From assembly GCA_044892525.1 (NCBI GenBank), contig CM097887.1, positions 89,568,397 through 89,632,396 on the forward strand: a stretch of 64,000 nt of DNA, in the 5' to 3' direction. This DNA comes from Schmidtea polychroa. Its lineage: Eukaryota. The stretch's first letter is position 1; the number at the start of each line of letters is the position of its first letter. The notes beneath the pieces were generated by a model. That model saw only the letters and a program-made list of their open reading frames with translations. It had not been told where the DNA came from and did no database searches. Of this stretch, positions 49,586 to 61,917 are shown one piece after another. The position numbers and the translations under genes are program-made.

Positions 49586-49893
49586 AACATTAGGAATATA
49601 TGGTCAGAGAGAGTTTAGATTTTAATTTTTAAAGTATTTTAGTTATTTATTGGATTTATTTACTGGAGGATATTTATATATTTGATTAATAATAGTAAAT
49701 AATATAGATAATAGCCATAGTACACAAATAGAATAGGATAATGCTCTGAGTATATATTATATATCAATATCTGGGTTTCAAGATTGGTTTACCAAGAGAC
49801 AAAGAAAATTGTAGAGGGGTGATATATAATAACCATAGAATACAAATAAATAAAAGATGCTTTGGCTACAAAAAGATAAATATATAAGTATAA

Positions 49894-52800
49894 TTAATTT
49901 TTATAAATATGTTGAAGATATATGTGGTAGCTGCTATTGATTGCAGCTACGCAAGCTTTTTTGGCTAGTTCCTTTATTTCATTATTGGATAGGCCGATAA
50001 TTTTAAGTATCGAGTCATTATTTTTGTCCCATGAACCAAGGGTGCCAACTACCAGGGCATGTAGAGTGTGTGGGCATTTATGGAGTCTACCTATTTCCTC
50101 TCCTAGTTCCTTATATTTATTATAGTTATTTCTCCTAGAGTTGTCGTAGTTTTCTCTGGAGTCGAAAGGAACCTTAATGTCTAAGATATGGATAGATTTG
50201 TTACGCTTAGATTTTAGAAGAAGATCGGGCTTAAGGGTGGAATTGGTACCTTCAGGTACTTTCTCTATGTCTACTTCATAGTTAATAGATATAAGGAAGT
50301 TTGCCACAGTTTCTAGGACATTATCATGCTTATTTCGTCTTGCATTAATACGTGCTTGGCAATGATTAAAGATGTGTGCAGGTGTTTCTGGGTGGGCATG
50401 GCAGTGCCGGCAGAGTATAGATTTATTAGTCTTTAGGCGGTGTGGTGAGTAGTTCAGTTTTAGAAGGTTGTTGCGTGAGCGAATAAGAAAGAGGAATTGG
50501 GCATCAGGAAGGATGTCACTTTTAAAGAAATAGTCGGCGATGTTGCTTTCGCTAATTGCCTTTGCCATATAGCCCTGGCATTTCATCGCACACCAACGTT
50601 CAGCATGAATAAGGCCAATAATAGAGTGTAGTTCAGCTGAGGTTCTATCCACATTACCGAGGGAGAAGTAATTGATACGACTCTTATATTTTATTTCAAG
50701 CTGTAGAAGGTCCTCAAGCATTACAATTTTGGTAGATATACCGTAGTTATGAAGCAGACGACGGGCGGATTTTTTAAATTTTGAGAAGATGGAGAAAGTT
50801 GGGTAGCTTTTAGAGAGTTGGCCATTCAGCCAGGACAGTGCCACATTTAAATCTCCTTGTCCCCTAGCCTCGATAAGTTCAGCAGTAATGAGAGTCTTAA
50901 AGTTAAGATCGCTAGAGTTTAAAGCCCTGATAAGTTGTACGATGCTTTGAATAAGGTATTCGTCAATGGATGATACAAGTCCAAGACCACCAAGCTTGCA
51001 AGCTGCATATAAGAAGTTGTCATTCAGCTGCATTATCTTATCTCCAATGGATCTTTTAATACCCTGTTTTATTTGCAGGTCGAATCCATATTGTTGTATT
51101 TCAGAGTTACGAAGGATGTTGCGCGGAGAGTCAAGGATGTTGTGGTTAATGACACAATTTCTAAAAGTAAAGTTCAAGCGGGAGTGGATGAATACTTTAA
51201 AGGCATTAATTTTTTGCGAAGGATGTAGATGAGAGTTGAGAATTTTGTTTGTGTCTATAATAGCGGAGTCTAGTCTTTCTTTGATACAGTGTTTAGTTTT
51301 ATGGGAGAAGTCAACCCCAAGATATCTGTACATATTAGAATCATCAATTTTTGGAAGGGTTTCGCCATAGAGTAGAATAGGTTGGTAGTTGCAGTCGTGA
51401 TCAACATGAAAGTATCCGGATTTCGAGGGTTTAAAGCGTAGGTTGACCTTTGTTGCAAGGGAGACAGTGAGAGATAGGGCCGACTTGATATTGGAGTAGG
51501 AATCAGATATAAGCACTATATCATCGGCATACGCAAGAATGCTAATGTTGTGATTATGAAAGAGAAACGGGTGAGTTTGTAAGACATTGCGGAGTATGAA
51601 GTCAATGGATAGACAGAACAGAGTCATGGACAAGGGGCAGCCTTGTTTCACACCTTTATAAATTGGTGTATAATCAGATTTTTCTCCCTCACATTCAAAG
51701 TAAGTTTGTACATTGTTGTACATGTCCTGAAGAAGAGCAATAGTGGTGTTGTGAAGACCCATCTCTGAGAGAGTGTGCCAGATGAGTTCATGCGGAATAG
51801 ATCCGAAGGCATCCGCTATATCTAGCCAAATGATATGTAGGTCGTTTTTCTTGCGATAGGAAGAGTCTTTTATGAGATGGAGGATAAGATTGTGTTCAGC
51901 ACATCCATCCGGTGCGCAGATAGCTTTTTGGTTAGGTGTTAGGAGATTTCCGTTACTGATCCATTCAAGAAGACGGTTATTCATTAGTGAGGCAAATATC
52001 CTATAGGCAGTGTTCATAATTGAGATCGGTCTCCAGGAGTTAGCCTCGTGGCTTATTTCAGCTTTACCAGATTTAAGAATGAGTCGGGTACGAAAGGATT
52101 TCCAGCATACTGGAGATCTGGAATTACGAAGGATGTTGTTACATAAGGCAAGGATGAGCTCAAAGTTAGGAGATATCTTTCTCCATTCGCTAAGAGATAT
52201 TTTATCATTACCAGGGGCAGTATTGTCGAGTTGGCAGAAGATGCTTTTAATGTCATCAGTGTCAAAGGGAGTGATGGTGAAGGATTCAGAGAGTGTTGGG
52301 TACTGATAGTTAAGGTCAAAGGTGCAATCAGAGGTTTTGCTAGCGAAGAGTTTTAGGATACTATCCATATTTGGTGTGTGAGTTTTCACTTCATTATTTA
52401 AAATTTTGGAGATTTCCTCTTTAGGGGCAAATTTATATTTTTGTCTCTTGGTAAAGACCAGTTCTTTACTAGCCTTATAATTTTTATGAATTATGACCGC
52501 TGCTTTCTTTGTGATGTATTTATGAGGATTAATGCTTCCATTAATTCTCTTAATCTCACTTAAAGCAGCATCGCACTCTATTAGATTATTGTTAAGATTA
52601 ATAATTAGACAATTGATAAATGGTCGGAATCTCCGCACATCATCAATTGGCAGTTTGCAATAATTATAATTATTTATAGTAGTTTTAATATTATTTATCA
52701 TATTGGGTATATTAGGACAAGTTAATTTTTCACGTTTAATAAGGCATTCGATAAAGTGACATATATAGAAGGCAGAGTCAGTAGGTATGAAGCAGCGAGG

Positions 52801-53241
52801 GTATTCGGGGTTTTGAAGTTCAATTTTGACAGGGCTAACAATTTTTTGGAGATCAAGAATGGTTTCGAGAATATTTTGAGCTAGAAAGAGGTGAGTAGAA
52901 AGGCCATCATCCAGAAGCGGGTCAATGAGGACGGCAAGTCTACGGTGTTTGTCGAGTAGAAAAAAGAACCAGTTGTCCTTACCATCAGACATGAGCATGA
53001 TAATCTCATTCCATTGAGCAAATTCAGAGAATGGAAAGGTGGCAAAGAAAGTTACATAGTTATGCTGGATAAGTGCATTTCCTATGAAAGGGTCCACAAA
53101 GATAGAGGAGTTTTTCAAGGCATTTGAAAAGATGTATGCCTTGATTGCGTGTTGGGACCATCGTAGTAGTTCGTAAGTCAAGTTCTGCAATCTGCAATCG
53201 TGAAAATTAAAGTGGTAGTTTTCTAATTTTCCACGTTGCAT
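49894..53241 (-). CDS. R2/NeSL-group non-LTR retrotransposon ORF: Ulp1-like N-terminus, RT, CCHC, restriction-like endonuclease (1115 aa)
   Basis: WRPISIMNTAYRIF, QKA..DGCAEH, WLDIADAFGSIPH, GVKQGCPLS, AYADD, YRYLG, GGLG, CRHC..ETPAHIFNHC, LKPDLLL..ILDIKVPFD; uninterrupted. Confidence 0.93.
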   Translation of the reverse strand: MQRGKLENYHFNFHDCRLQNLTYELLRWSQHAIKAYIFSNALKNSSIFVDPFIGNALIQHNYVTFFATFPFSEFAQWNEIIMLMSDGKDNWFFFLLDKHRRLAVLIDPLLDDGLSTHLFLAQNILETILDLQKIVSPVKIELQNPEYPRCFIPTDSAFYICHFIECLIKREKLTCPNIPNMINNIKTTINNYNYCKLPIDDVRRFRPFINCLIINLNNNLIECDAALSEIKRINGSINPHKYITKKAAVIIHKNYKASKELVFTKRQKYKFAPKEEISKILNNEVKTHTPNMDSILKLFASKTSDCTFDLNYQYPTLSESFTITPFDTDDIKSIFCQLDNTAPGNDKISLSEWRKISPNFELILALCNNILRNSRSPVCWKSFRTRLILKSGKAEISHEANSWRPISIMNTAYRIFASLMNNRLLEWISNGNLLTPNQKAICAPDGCAEHNLILHLIKDSSYRKKNDLHIIWLDIADAFGSIPHELIWHTLSEMGLHNTTIALLQDMYNNVQTYFECEGEKSDYTPIYKGVKQGCPLSMTLFCLSIDFILRNVLQTHPFLFHNHNISILAYADDIVLISDSYSNIKSALSLTVSLATKVNLRFKPSKSGYFHVDHDCNYQPILLYGETLPKIDDSNMYRYLGVDFSHKTKHCIKERLDSAIIDTNKILNSHLHPSQKINAFKVFIHSRLNFTFRNCVINHNILDSPRNILRNSEIQQYGFDLQIKQGIKRSIGDKIMQLNDNFLYAACKLGGLGLVSSIDEYLIQSIVQLIRALNSSDLNFKTLITAELIEARGQGDLNVALSWLNGQLSKSYPTFSIFSKFKKSARRLLHNYGISTKIVMLEDLLQLEIKYKSRINYFSLGNVDRTSAELHSIIGLIHAERWCAMKCQGYMAKAISESNIADYFFKSDILPDAQFLFLIRSRNNLLKLNYSPHRLKTNKSILCRHCHAHPETPAHIFNHCQARINARRNKHDNVLETVANFLISINYEVDIEKVPEGTNSTLKPDLLLKSKRNKSIHILDIKVPFDSRENYDNSRRNNYNKYKELGEEIGRLHKCPHTLHALVVGTLGSWDKNNDSILKIIGLSNNEIKELAKKACVAAINSSYHIYLQHIYKN

Positions 53242-53974
53242 ATATAGTATTTTTCGTCCAATCAGGACGCGATTTGCTTGTAATTTTACTATTTAATATT
53301 ATTTTTATGTTTTTATCTTAATATATTACGTTTTTTAATGGTTTGACTTATTTCTTATTATTATTTTATTTATTTTTCTTATTCTTACTATTTTTCTCCT
53401 AATTTTTCTGCGGGTTCACTGCTACTTTATCGTAATACAATTTTTTGTTTTAATTAAACTTAAAGATATTTTTATTTTTTATTTATTGCTTTAATTTCTC
53501 GTTTATTTTCTCTCACTTTTTTGCTTATTCTATTTCTACTTTATCTATTGTGCTTTAACTCATTTCTCTTATGTCCTATTTCTAATTCTTAAGGGCTTTA
53601 TTTATTTATAACCTATCCTATTTCTTTTTATGGGTGTTTTATTGTTTTCTCCCTATTTATTACCGAGGTTTGGTGGTAATTTATTTTTTATTACATTTCG
53701 TTTATTTTTTCGAGGTTCGTTTCCCGATTCAACCCAGTTTTTCTCTACTTCAAAATTTAGCCCAACAGATTGTTATCACAGTGTTTGTTCACGAAAGGTC
53801 GGAGAAAAGAAATGTTTAAAAAGACTATAAGCGATAATTTACTATGGTAAATTACCGCTATAGAAAAATAAAAATTTTAAAAAAATCAATCAGGAAGAAT
53901 TAAATTTAATATTTAAAATTATTAGATTAAAATTAAAATTATTTTTTCTTGTGAAATTTATTCTTTTAATTCAA

Positions 53975-54186
53975 AATCAACTGATCCAGCCAAAGGACAG
54001 AAATCGCTGGAAAAGAACATTTAAGGCCGTAATAATTTTGGTGCCTTTATTTGAAATCCAACTATTGCTTGTTGCTGTTAGTTTGGAAGATTCCAATAAA
54101 TTTTATTTGGTTTACACTATTATTCAAACGACCTTGCAAGACTCAGAGGGAATAGTTGCTGCGTTGGTATTTTGTGCATTTAATAG
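53975..54186 (+). pseudogene. Class B (secretin-family) GPCR ICL3-TM6-TM7 fragment fused to Gypsy RT
   Basis: RWKRTFKAVIILVPLFEIQLLL ... LQDSEGIVAALVFCAFN matches the class B TM6 (KATLxLxPLxG) and TM7 (QGxxVAxxFCFxN) patterns. Confidence 0.65.
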
Positions 54187-56175
54187 AATGCCGTTCGGAA
54201 TTGCTGCAGCACCAGGTACGTTCCAGGAAATGATGACAAAGGTGTATAAATGGAGCAATGGTGTATTTGGATGACATTCTGATTTATTTGAATAGTAAAG
54301 AAAAACAAAATGCAATACTCAGTGAAGTATTAAAAGCGATCGAGAAAGCAGGACTAAAGATTAACCAAGAAAAGTGTCAAATATTTAAGAAAAAAATCAG
54401 ATTCTTAGGACACATAATCAGCAAAGAAGGAATAAAAACCGATCCTTCTAAGATTCAGGCTATACAAAACTTTGGGAAGCCAAGTTGCGTAAAGAAACTT
54501 CGAAGCTTTCTAGGCATTTGCAATTATTATAGAAGATTTATCAATGAGTATACAAAGAAAGCAAGGATGTTAGAACAATTATGTAGTGGTACGAGTAACA
54601 AAAAACTGGAATGGACTGAAGGAACGAATAACGTATTCGAGGGAATGAAGTTAGCACTCAAAACGGTACCGATCCTATGCTTTCCGGATCTGAGAAAGGA
54701 GTTCATTTTAGATACTGATGCCAATTTTGATACCATTGGAGTAGTGCTTTCACAAAGAGATAAAGATGGAAAGGAGAGAGTAATTGCGTATGGATCACAC
54801 TCGATGACGAGCCATGAAAAGGATATTGCATTACAAGAAAGGAACTATTGGCGGTATACTATTTTTGTATTCATTTTAAGCACTATCTCTACAGAAGGAG
54901 ATTCACACTAAGGACAGACCACAAGGCGATCACGTTTATGATGACAACCAAGAAGCCAATTACTTCACAATTCCAAACCTAAATCAATTATTTAAGCAGT
55001 TTGAATATATTCGTTGAATATAGAAAGGGTGTTAATCTCCAAAATGCAGACATGGTGTCCAGAACTAAATGTGAAACGTGTGTCAAATGTCAAATGGCTC
55101 ACGAAGAAGCTAAGAAAGGAAAGATAAAAACTAGATTACTAGATTCGATCAGAGAAGAAGGTAGAAGCACCAATCAACAAATAAATTTAGAAGAAGAATT
55201 TCGAAAGAAAACGATGATACCTGAAAACGAGATACAAGAAACTATAAAGAAAATATATAGACTATTTTGTCATGCTGAAGTCGAGAAGATTGCTGATTAT
55301 ATGAAAGATAGCTATATGGAAAAACCTGTGGAGTCACATTCAGGTAACTATTCAAAGTTGTAAGACTTGTCAAAAAATGAAGGCTATAACAATTACAATG
55401 AAGGAACCAGTAAAAAAACTGGAATCAACCGAAATGTTCGAAATTATATTCGTGGATATATGTGGACCAATGCAAGAAACAAAAGGACGTAAGAAGTATA
55501 TATTAGATATAATAGTAAGTATCAAGTCTTCACAGCTATAACAAGACAAGACGAGGAAACAATAAAGAAAACGATTTTAGAAAAATGGATTAAGATTTTG
55601 TTCCCCAAAGAGATAAGAGTTGATTGTGGGAAAGTGTTTGAATCAGGAATGATGAGAGAATTCACAAAAGAACTTGATATTAAGTTATGTCTTTCGAGTC
55701 CATACCATCACCAAACAAATGGACAGATAGAAAGGCAATTCAGGACAATACGAGAGCTGATAAATGCTACTTTACGAGACAGAAGGAAAACGAATTGGGT
55801 AGAGATACTACCAGAAGTCGAATTTACATTAAATGCAACTCAGCAAAAAACGACAGGGAAAAGCCCGGCCGAGTTAGTTTTTGGAAAAAAGATTAACACG
55901 GAGAAATAGTACGGGTCAAAAGAAAAACAGATAAAGGAAGAACAAGAAGAACAAACAAGGAGGAAATTTAACGTAGGAGAAGATGTGTTAGTAAAATTAG
56001 AAACACACAACAAAAGCCAGAACAAATATGAGGGACCATATAAAATGATCGTGAAAGTGCATAACAGACGATATATCTTAAGAAACGAGAATAGTAAAAA
56101 GATTGAAAGAAAAGTGGAAAAACTTAAAAAATTTCTTAAGGAGGGGGATATGAGGAAGTTGAAAGATTCTTAAAG
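54180..56175 (+). mobile_element. Ty3/Gypsy pol (3' half of RT, RNaseH, integrase), frameshifted
   Basis: RMPFGIAAAPGTFQ, YLDD, FLGH, LRSFLGICNYYRRFI, DTDAN, TDHKA, VDICGP, PYHHQTNGQIER. Confidence 0.92.
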
Positions 56176-56272
56176 ATTAATTAGAAATTTTGTTAAATTT
56201 AAAAAAAAATTTTGTTAAATTTAAAAAAAAATTTTGTTGAAAAATATTTTAAAAGAAAAACTGAAATTTGTT

Positions 56273-56600
56273 TAACCCTGCAGAGCGCGCGCTAAAAGAT
56301 TACATGGATGCGCGCGTTGGGTCTCACAGACCCAATATTGTTTTCTCATGATTTATAGACTTATTGATTGGCAAAATTAAGCAATATTAAATTTTAAAAG
56401 ATTTATTACTTTATAAACAAGCTTTTACATTCAAAAAAACACAGGAAAGAATTATTCATTGCACAAAAGAAACTGCATACTGTGAAGCAAGCTATTGATC
56501 ATCAGAAAGACACTGTTCGCAAATAAATTTAGCGTGTTTTAAACACAAATACTTGTGGCACGTGGTACAGAAGTATTTAGTCTCTCTAACAACAATAAGA
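56273..56600 (+). mobile_element. piggyBac-like end or relic
   Basis: TTAA-CCCTG terminus followed by weak transposase remnants. Confidence 0.35.
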
Positions 56601-56739
56601 AGAGACAAGGTTTTTTGAGTGTATAATCTATTAAATAAAATTTATGGAATTATTTAGTGATTTGAAAACAGATATTAATTTTCTAACGGATGAGAATCCT
56701 AATAATATTTACGAGAAAAAATAATTTTAATCTGTTGAC

Positions 56740-57600
56740 TATAATATTCAATTTAATTCTTCCTATTTGATTTTTTTAACTTTCTGATTTTTCTATGGTA
56801 AATTATCGCTATATAGTCTTTTTAAACATTTCTTTTTTCCGACGTAATTAGGATTTTGTTATCGTTAGTAAAATCAATAAAAATATAACAATTTACAAGT
56901 TAGTAAAATCAATAAAAATAACAATTTAATATAACGATGTTTATCCTTCATTCAACATCGCTACCTTCATTTTTCTTTTCATGGTGTATCGAAACAATGT
57001 TTTCGATTTCAATTTCTTTTTTAATATCATCATATTTGACCAATCGATTTTTTATTTCTTCGAATGTTTTTAGTCCTTGTAATTTTAAATCTTTCTTAAT
57101 TTCTCTATCGTCTAGACTCTAGAGCATTTTGGATTAAAAATATTTTCATATTTTCTTCTGTCAGATTGTGCCTGACTACATTCTTTGCTAGCATCTCTAT
57201 TTTTAAAAAAAATTCATTAATTGTTTCTCCTCTTCGAAATGATAGGGCTTCGTTGAGATCATTTGTTAAGTTAGATAGTTTCATAAAGGCATCGTGAATT
57301 CTTTTCTTGTAGTGAATTTCAGGATCCATTTCCTCGAACTTTCGCGCTGCTTCCATTGATAGAAACGCTTTGATAAAAACGCCTCTGTGTTCTTCGGCTG
57401 TCTGAGCAAGCTTAAATTATTTATCTGTTTCTTCGATAAATGTTTCTATGTCATCACCGATTTTCAATGTTTCTGGTGGTCTAATAAACTGCAGCATAGG
57501 CGCGGTCAAATCAGTAGAAGAAATTATAAATGTAAACCCGGTCGAATAAAGAGGAGACATCACCAATAGAGGAAGTTCGGATCATAGAACAAACCCGAAA
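56740..57600 (-). mobile_element. Gypsy gag-like fragment plus spacer; the spacer is duplicated in inverted orientation at about 53797-53960
   Basis: Gag-like ORF 57105-57356 (ETINEFFLKIEMLA). The reverse complement of 56745-56845 matches 53797-53920. Confidence 0.55.
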
Positions 57601-57887
57601 GGTACCCCTTTGTTGCCGAGAGTGGCGCAAAGAAAGTTTAATATTTCAAATTCTAATTTTATCAGTTTCATTTTTTATACTTAATATTTGTACTATATTG
57701 CATGTGTCAATAGTTATGCCCATAATTAATAACTTCATTTGGAGTGCAAGCATTTCTTTTCTATAATATTACCTATTTTCTCTAATTGACGAAAATAGAC
57801 ATTGAAGCTGCGCTCGTTTAATAAGCATTCGTATAAAGAAATGAATTGCTCTAACCATTTATAAAAGTGCTCTGGATTACTAATCTC

Positions 57888-58310
57888 CAGGGCCGGCTCA
57901 GAGGTCGGGACTTAGAGGCCGCGCGCTTTCATATTTCTAACAATTATTAGTAGCTATGTCAAGTTTTTGACACCAAATGCAACGCAGTTTTTCCAAATTA
58001 AAGTTAATTAAAAATTATCTAAGAATAAACATGCAACAAGATAGGTTAGAGGGGTTGGATATCTTGTCAATAAAACAGGAGGTAACAAAACAGATAAATT
58101 TTGATGATATTATCGATGAATTAGCAGTAAAATAAGTTTGTACGAAATAAGAATAAAAAATATTATGTATGTATATTATTAAATATATTGAAGAAATAAA
58201 TATTTCATTAAATAAATCGCCAAAATTATCTTCATGTATCATTTCTTCATTTTTGGAAGGGGCCCTCATATAATATTTTCCCTGTGCCTCGCAAAACCCA
58301 CAGCCGGTCA
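57888..58310 (+). mobile_element. Non-autonomous hAT (Tip100-type) element
   Basis: Ends cagggccggc / gccggtcatg, internal hATC remnant (RLEGLDILSIKQE..FDDIIDELA), and a weak TSD. Confidence 0.6.
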
Positions 58311-60289
58311 TGCTTATCCCCATAATATATTATAATAATCTTTAACTAATAATAACTTAGAATCAAAAATAATATTTATTTTTATATTTTCAAATAAAAT
58401 ATATTTCTTCATAGAAAGTAATTGAAATGTATGTCAATCTTGAGAAATATAATATTCATTCTAAAACAATTAAATTTAATTAAAAATATTGCCACTTTCT
58501 AACCTTTTTTTGTTTTATCGATGATATCATAGATGTCATCAATGTAAACAGGATTAAGAATGCTCTCCATTATATCTAAAAATGGGTTAGAAATCAAAGA
58601 GAACTAAAACATATTAAATACAGTTCAAGTATAAACCGGTTAACAATAATTAAAAAAAGATATGATAACCATTTGCTGCAAATTTTAAGTTTATTAAAAC
58701 AAAAAATGAGAACTTTCGACTATGAAATAATCCACTTTAATCTATTCCATTGTCGAAGGTTTATCATAACTTTTACTAATTATTTTGTGAATTGATGAAG
58801 CTACGGAGGAAACATCTTTTTTAAAAACCTTTTCCCATTACGTCATCCTTATATGCACCACTGCTATATATTATATGTAACTAAAAATTTGTTTTACAAA
58901 TACAACAATTTCAATGTATTCATGAATATTGACTTCTTAATTTTACAGCAGCATACTGATCAATCACGTAATCATAAAAATTTTCTTAATGCTTCTTTCA
59001 ACACTAAAAAACGATAGATCACTCAGACGATCCTGCCCCCTTGAAGAACTTGAAAATAATAAAACAAGCTTCATGTTGTGAAATGCAGAGATTGCTGTTG
59101 TAATAGATAAAAAAGTGCCTTTGAGAGGGAAAGCTTTGAAAATAATTCAAAACAAAGATAAATAAAACGAATAATAAAAGAATCATTACTATGGACATTA
59201 AGTAACCTCCAAAGGTCTGTTTCTACAAATTGAAAAACGACAATTTTCAATTTCGAGATAATATTCATCTGTTAAAGATGAAAAACTTTGCAAAACAAAT
59301 CATGAAACATGATTACTAATAAACTATAAAACTCTTAATATGTTTGTTTACCTTTTCTTCATATTAAAATTAAACTAAATGGCAGCACATTTTTATTTCT
59401 GTACTAGCGAAATCCCGGAATCCGTTGCAATGCCCCTCAAAAAATTTTATGCATAACATACAGAAACCTATCACCACCGGCACGGAAACAACAATATAGC
59501 AATACATACATTGTCTGAAACATAAATAAATATACTAAATTTCATGGTTAAATCAACTCAATAGCATTAATAATACATACGCTATGATACAACTATGATA
59601 GAAAATGTATGAAAATTAAACTTCATTTCACTTAAACAATTGAAGGTCTTTCTACCGTATAGGAAAATTTCAGCAAAATAGTACGAGTATAAATTGAGTA
59701 ATGTTAGAAAACGTACGAAAAAATTTCTAAAAATTCCGACTTTACCTATCTTCTGCTCACTAATAGAACTGAAGCCATCATCCGATCGACCTCACAAACA
59801 ATAGGGTTCCTCATTACAGATGTATCTTACAAATAACGAAAGTTTGAAGACGATAGCTTTAACCACTCTCGAGTCTAGAGCGGACATACATACATTGTCT
59901 GAAACATTTTTCCTATTATATTATATTTCCTATTATACTGATTTAAAAAGGCAGAGCCGAAAATTTGTGAGTATCAACAAACATCGATATATTACTGATT
60001 TATAGTCTTCAATATACATATATATATATATATATATATTTCTATTAAATTCTTTAGATAATATGACGGACTTTTTACAATAAAAGTAAAATATTTATTC
60101 GAATATGTAAAACCCTTTTCAATAAGTAAAAATATTTGTTTATTTTCCGAATGGGGCTTTATTTCTATTAATTTTGCTCATGAAAGCTTCTCTTACTATT
60201 TTTGGGCAAAAATCGACACTGTTCTATTATAGAAGATGTAACCGATAGAAAATAAACGTATATGCGGTCTTTAATTTTTCTATCTCTCT

Positions 60290-61917
60290 TTCTTATCCTT
60301 TAATAAAGGAAGTTATTCGATAAAACTGCAAAAATAACCGCAGTGTGGATTTGTATGTTTCTATAATATAAATTGGTTTATTTCGTATCAAGTTTTTTTA
60401 TTATGGTAAAAACAATATAAATTAAATTTTATTTTAAATAAACTAACTATTTGCCACGGTTATGTAATTCGGGTTGGATTTGTCTGTTCGTTCTCTGATA
60501 ATTTCCCATGTCTTAGATATTTTGTTATAAATACATTCCACAATTTTGTTGTTATAAATTGTTCTATCTTCTTTTGAAACCCGCTCAATCTTACCGAATG
60601 GTTCATTTCGACCGCCGACAAAAAGATTTCCCTCATATCTCGATTCCTGACTAAACGGAATCAGTAGAAATAATCACTCAATTCGTTCAACTAGAATTAC
60701 CCCTCCCCTTTGACATATTCACATTTCAAATAGAAATCTATCGAATTATAATCTGGCGGTTTCCATTTCAAACTATGGTAGTTCTTTCCAGTAATATAGA
60801 CATCTTCCTTGTCTGCTGGTTGGAAAATCAATCCATCCATTTCGTGGAGGAGTTTATCACGAAAATCTCCGTCCCATATTCTTTCAGTTGTACTTAAGTC
60901 CCAAAAATCCTTCATTAAAACACCAAATGATTCTTGGCCTTTTACTTCTCTGGGTAAAAATTTTCTTTTCTCAATGATTTCTTTTTGAATTAAAAATAAT
61001 CTGTGCGAGAAATTAAAAATCCCGACATTGACCGAGTTTAAGCATACGATGTCAAAAATAAGAAATCTTGCGATTTGAACATCATCGACTACATCAATGA
61101 CCATTTCACCGTCCATGATCGTATTGGAATGATGCTCAGTTGGCGACATGGGAAAATACAGTTTCTCAACTCGAAATACAAAATTGTCTCGATCCAGCAT
61201 ATATATGAGATCACTTCCAATTACGATTAACATGTAACGGAATCCGTCGGGTTTCCAGCTAACCATATATTTTTTTTTAGTTAATAAGTTTGCATTTTTA
61301 TGAGTCATTGATACTGGTTGAGTGCCTGGGAAACCAAATCTAAATATTTCAATTTATTTTATAAAATTTAATTTAATTATAAATTTACTTATTAACATTC
61401 ATTAAATTTCGAACAAATTGGCGTATATTTTCCATCTCTGTGACATCCAATACTGGTAGAACTTTACTCACTCCTTCCATAAATCTCGGAACTTTTGGCT
61501 GATTAAATGCTGCTGCCGGTGGTTTTGAAGCTACCACTGGACACTTTCCTGAAACTGCATTAGTTACAGTCGAAATAATGTTCATGCCGATGTCTTCAAT
61601 TTTTTCTGTAATACTTGGCTTGGAAGCAACAATTTGTTTCTCAGGAGATGAAATCATTTCAGGTGTTGGTAGATTCGGACAAGAATCAACGACTTCTGTC
61701 TCTACAATAGAAGTTTCCATTCTGTCAACCTCACAGGCTTCTTCTAGCATTGGTTCTGGTTCTCTAGATTGTAAATCGCACATTTCTTGATCTTGGATTT
61801 CTTGTAACTTAGATGCTTTGGAAGTTTCTTTTGGTTGTGATGTAACTTTAATATCTTCCTTGTCTGCTTTTGGAGAAATTGGAATATAACTCAACGCTTC
61901 TTTCTCTACATTTCTGG
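60290..61917 (-). CDS. RNGTT: Paralog C: capping enzyme linker, guanylyltransferase and OB-fold exons (5' part not identified)
   Basis: Exons 61917-61389, 61339-60701, 60650-60448 and a tentative last exon starting at 60360. Motifs WKPDG, DGEMV, FLIFDI, MDGLIF, KWKP and RERTDK are intact. The OB exon is 203 nt, the same as in B. Confidence 0.88.

Noticed and set aside
59000-59270. Possible terminal exon of paralog C
   Set aside because: It reads as a hAT C-terminal remnant (GQDRLSDLSFFSVE) rather than capping enzyme.
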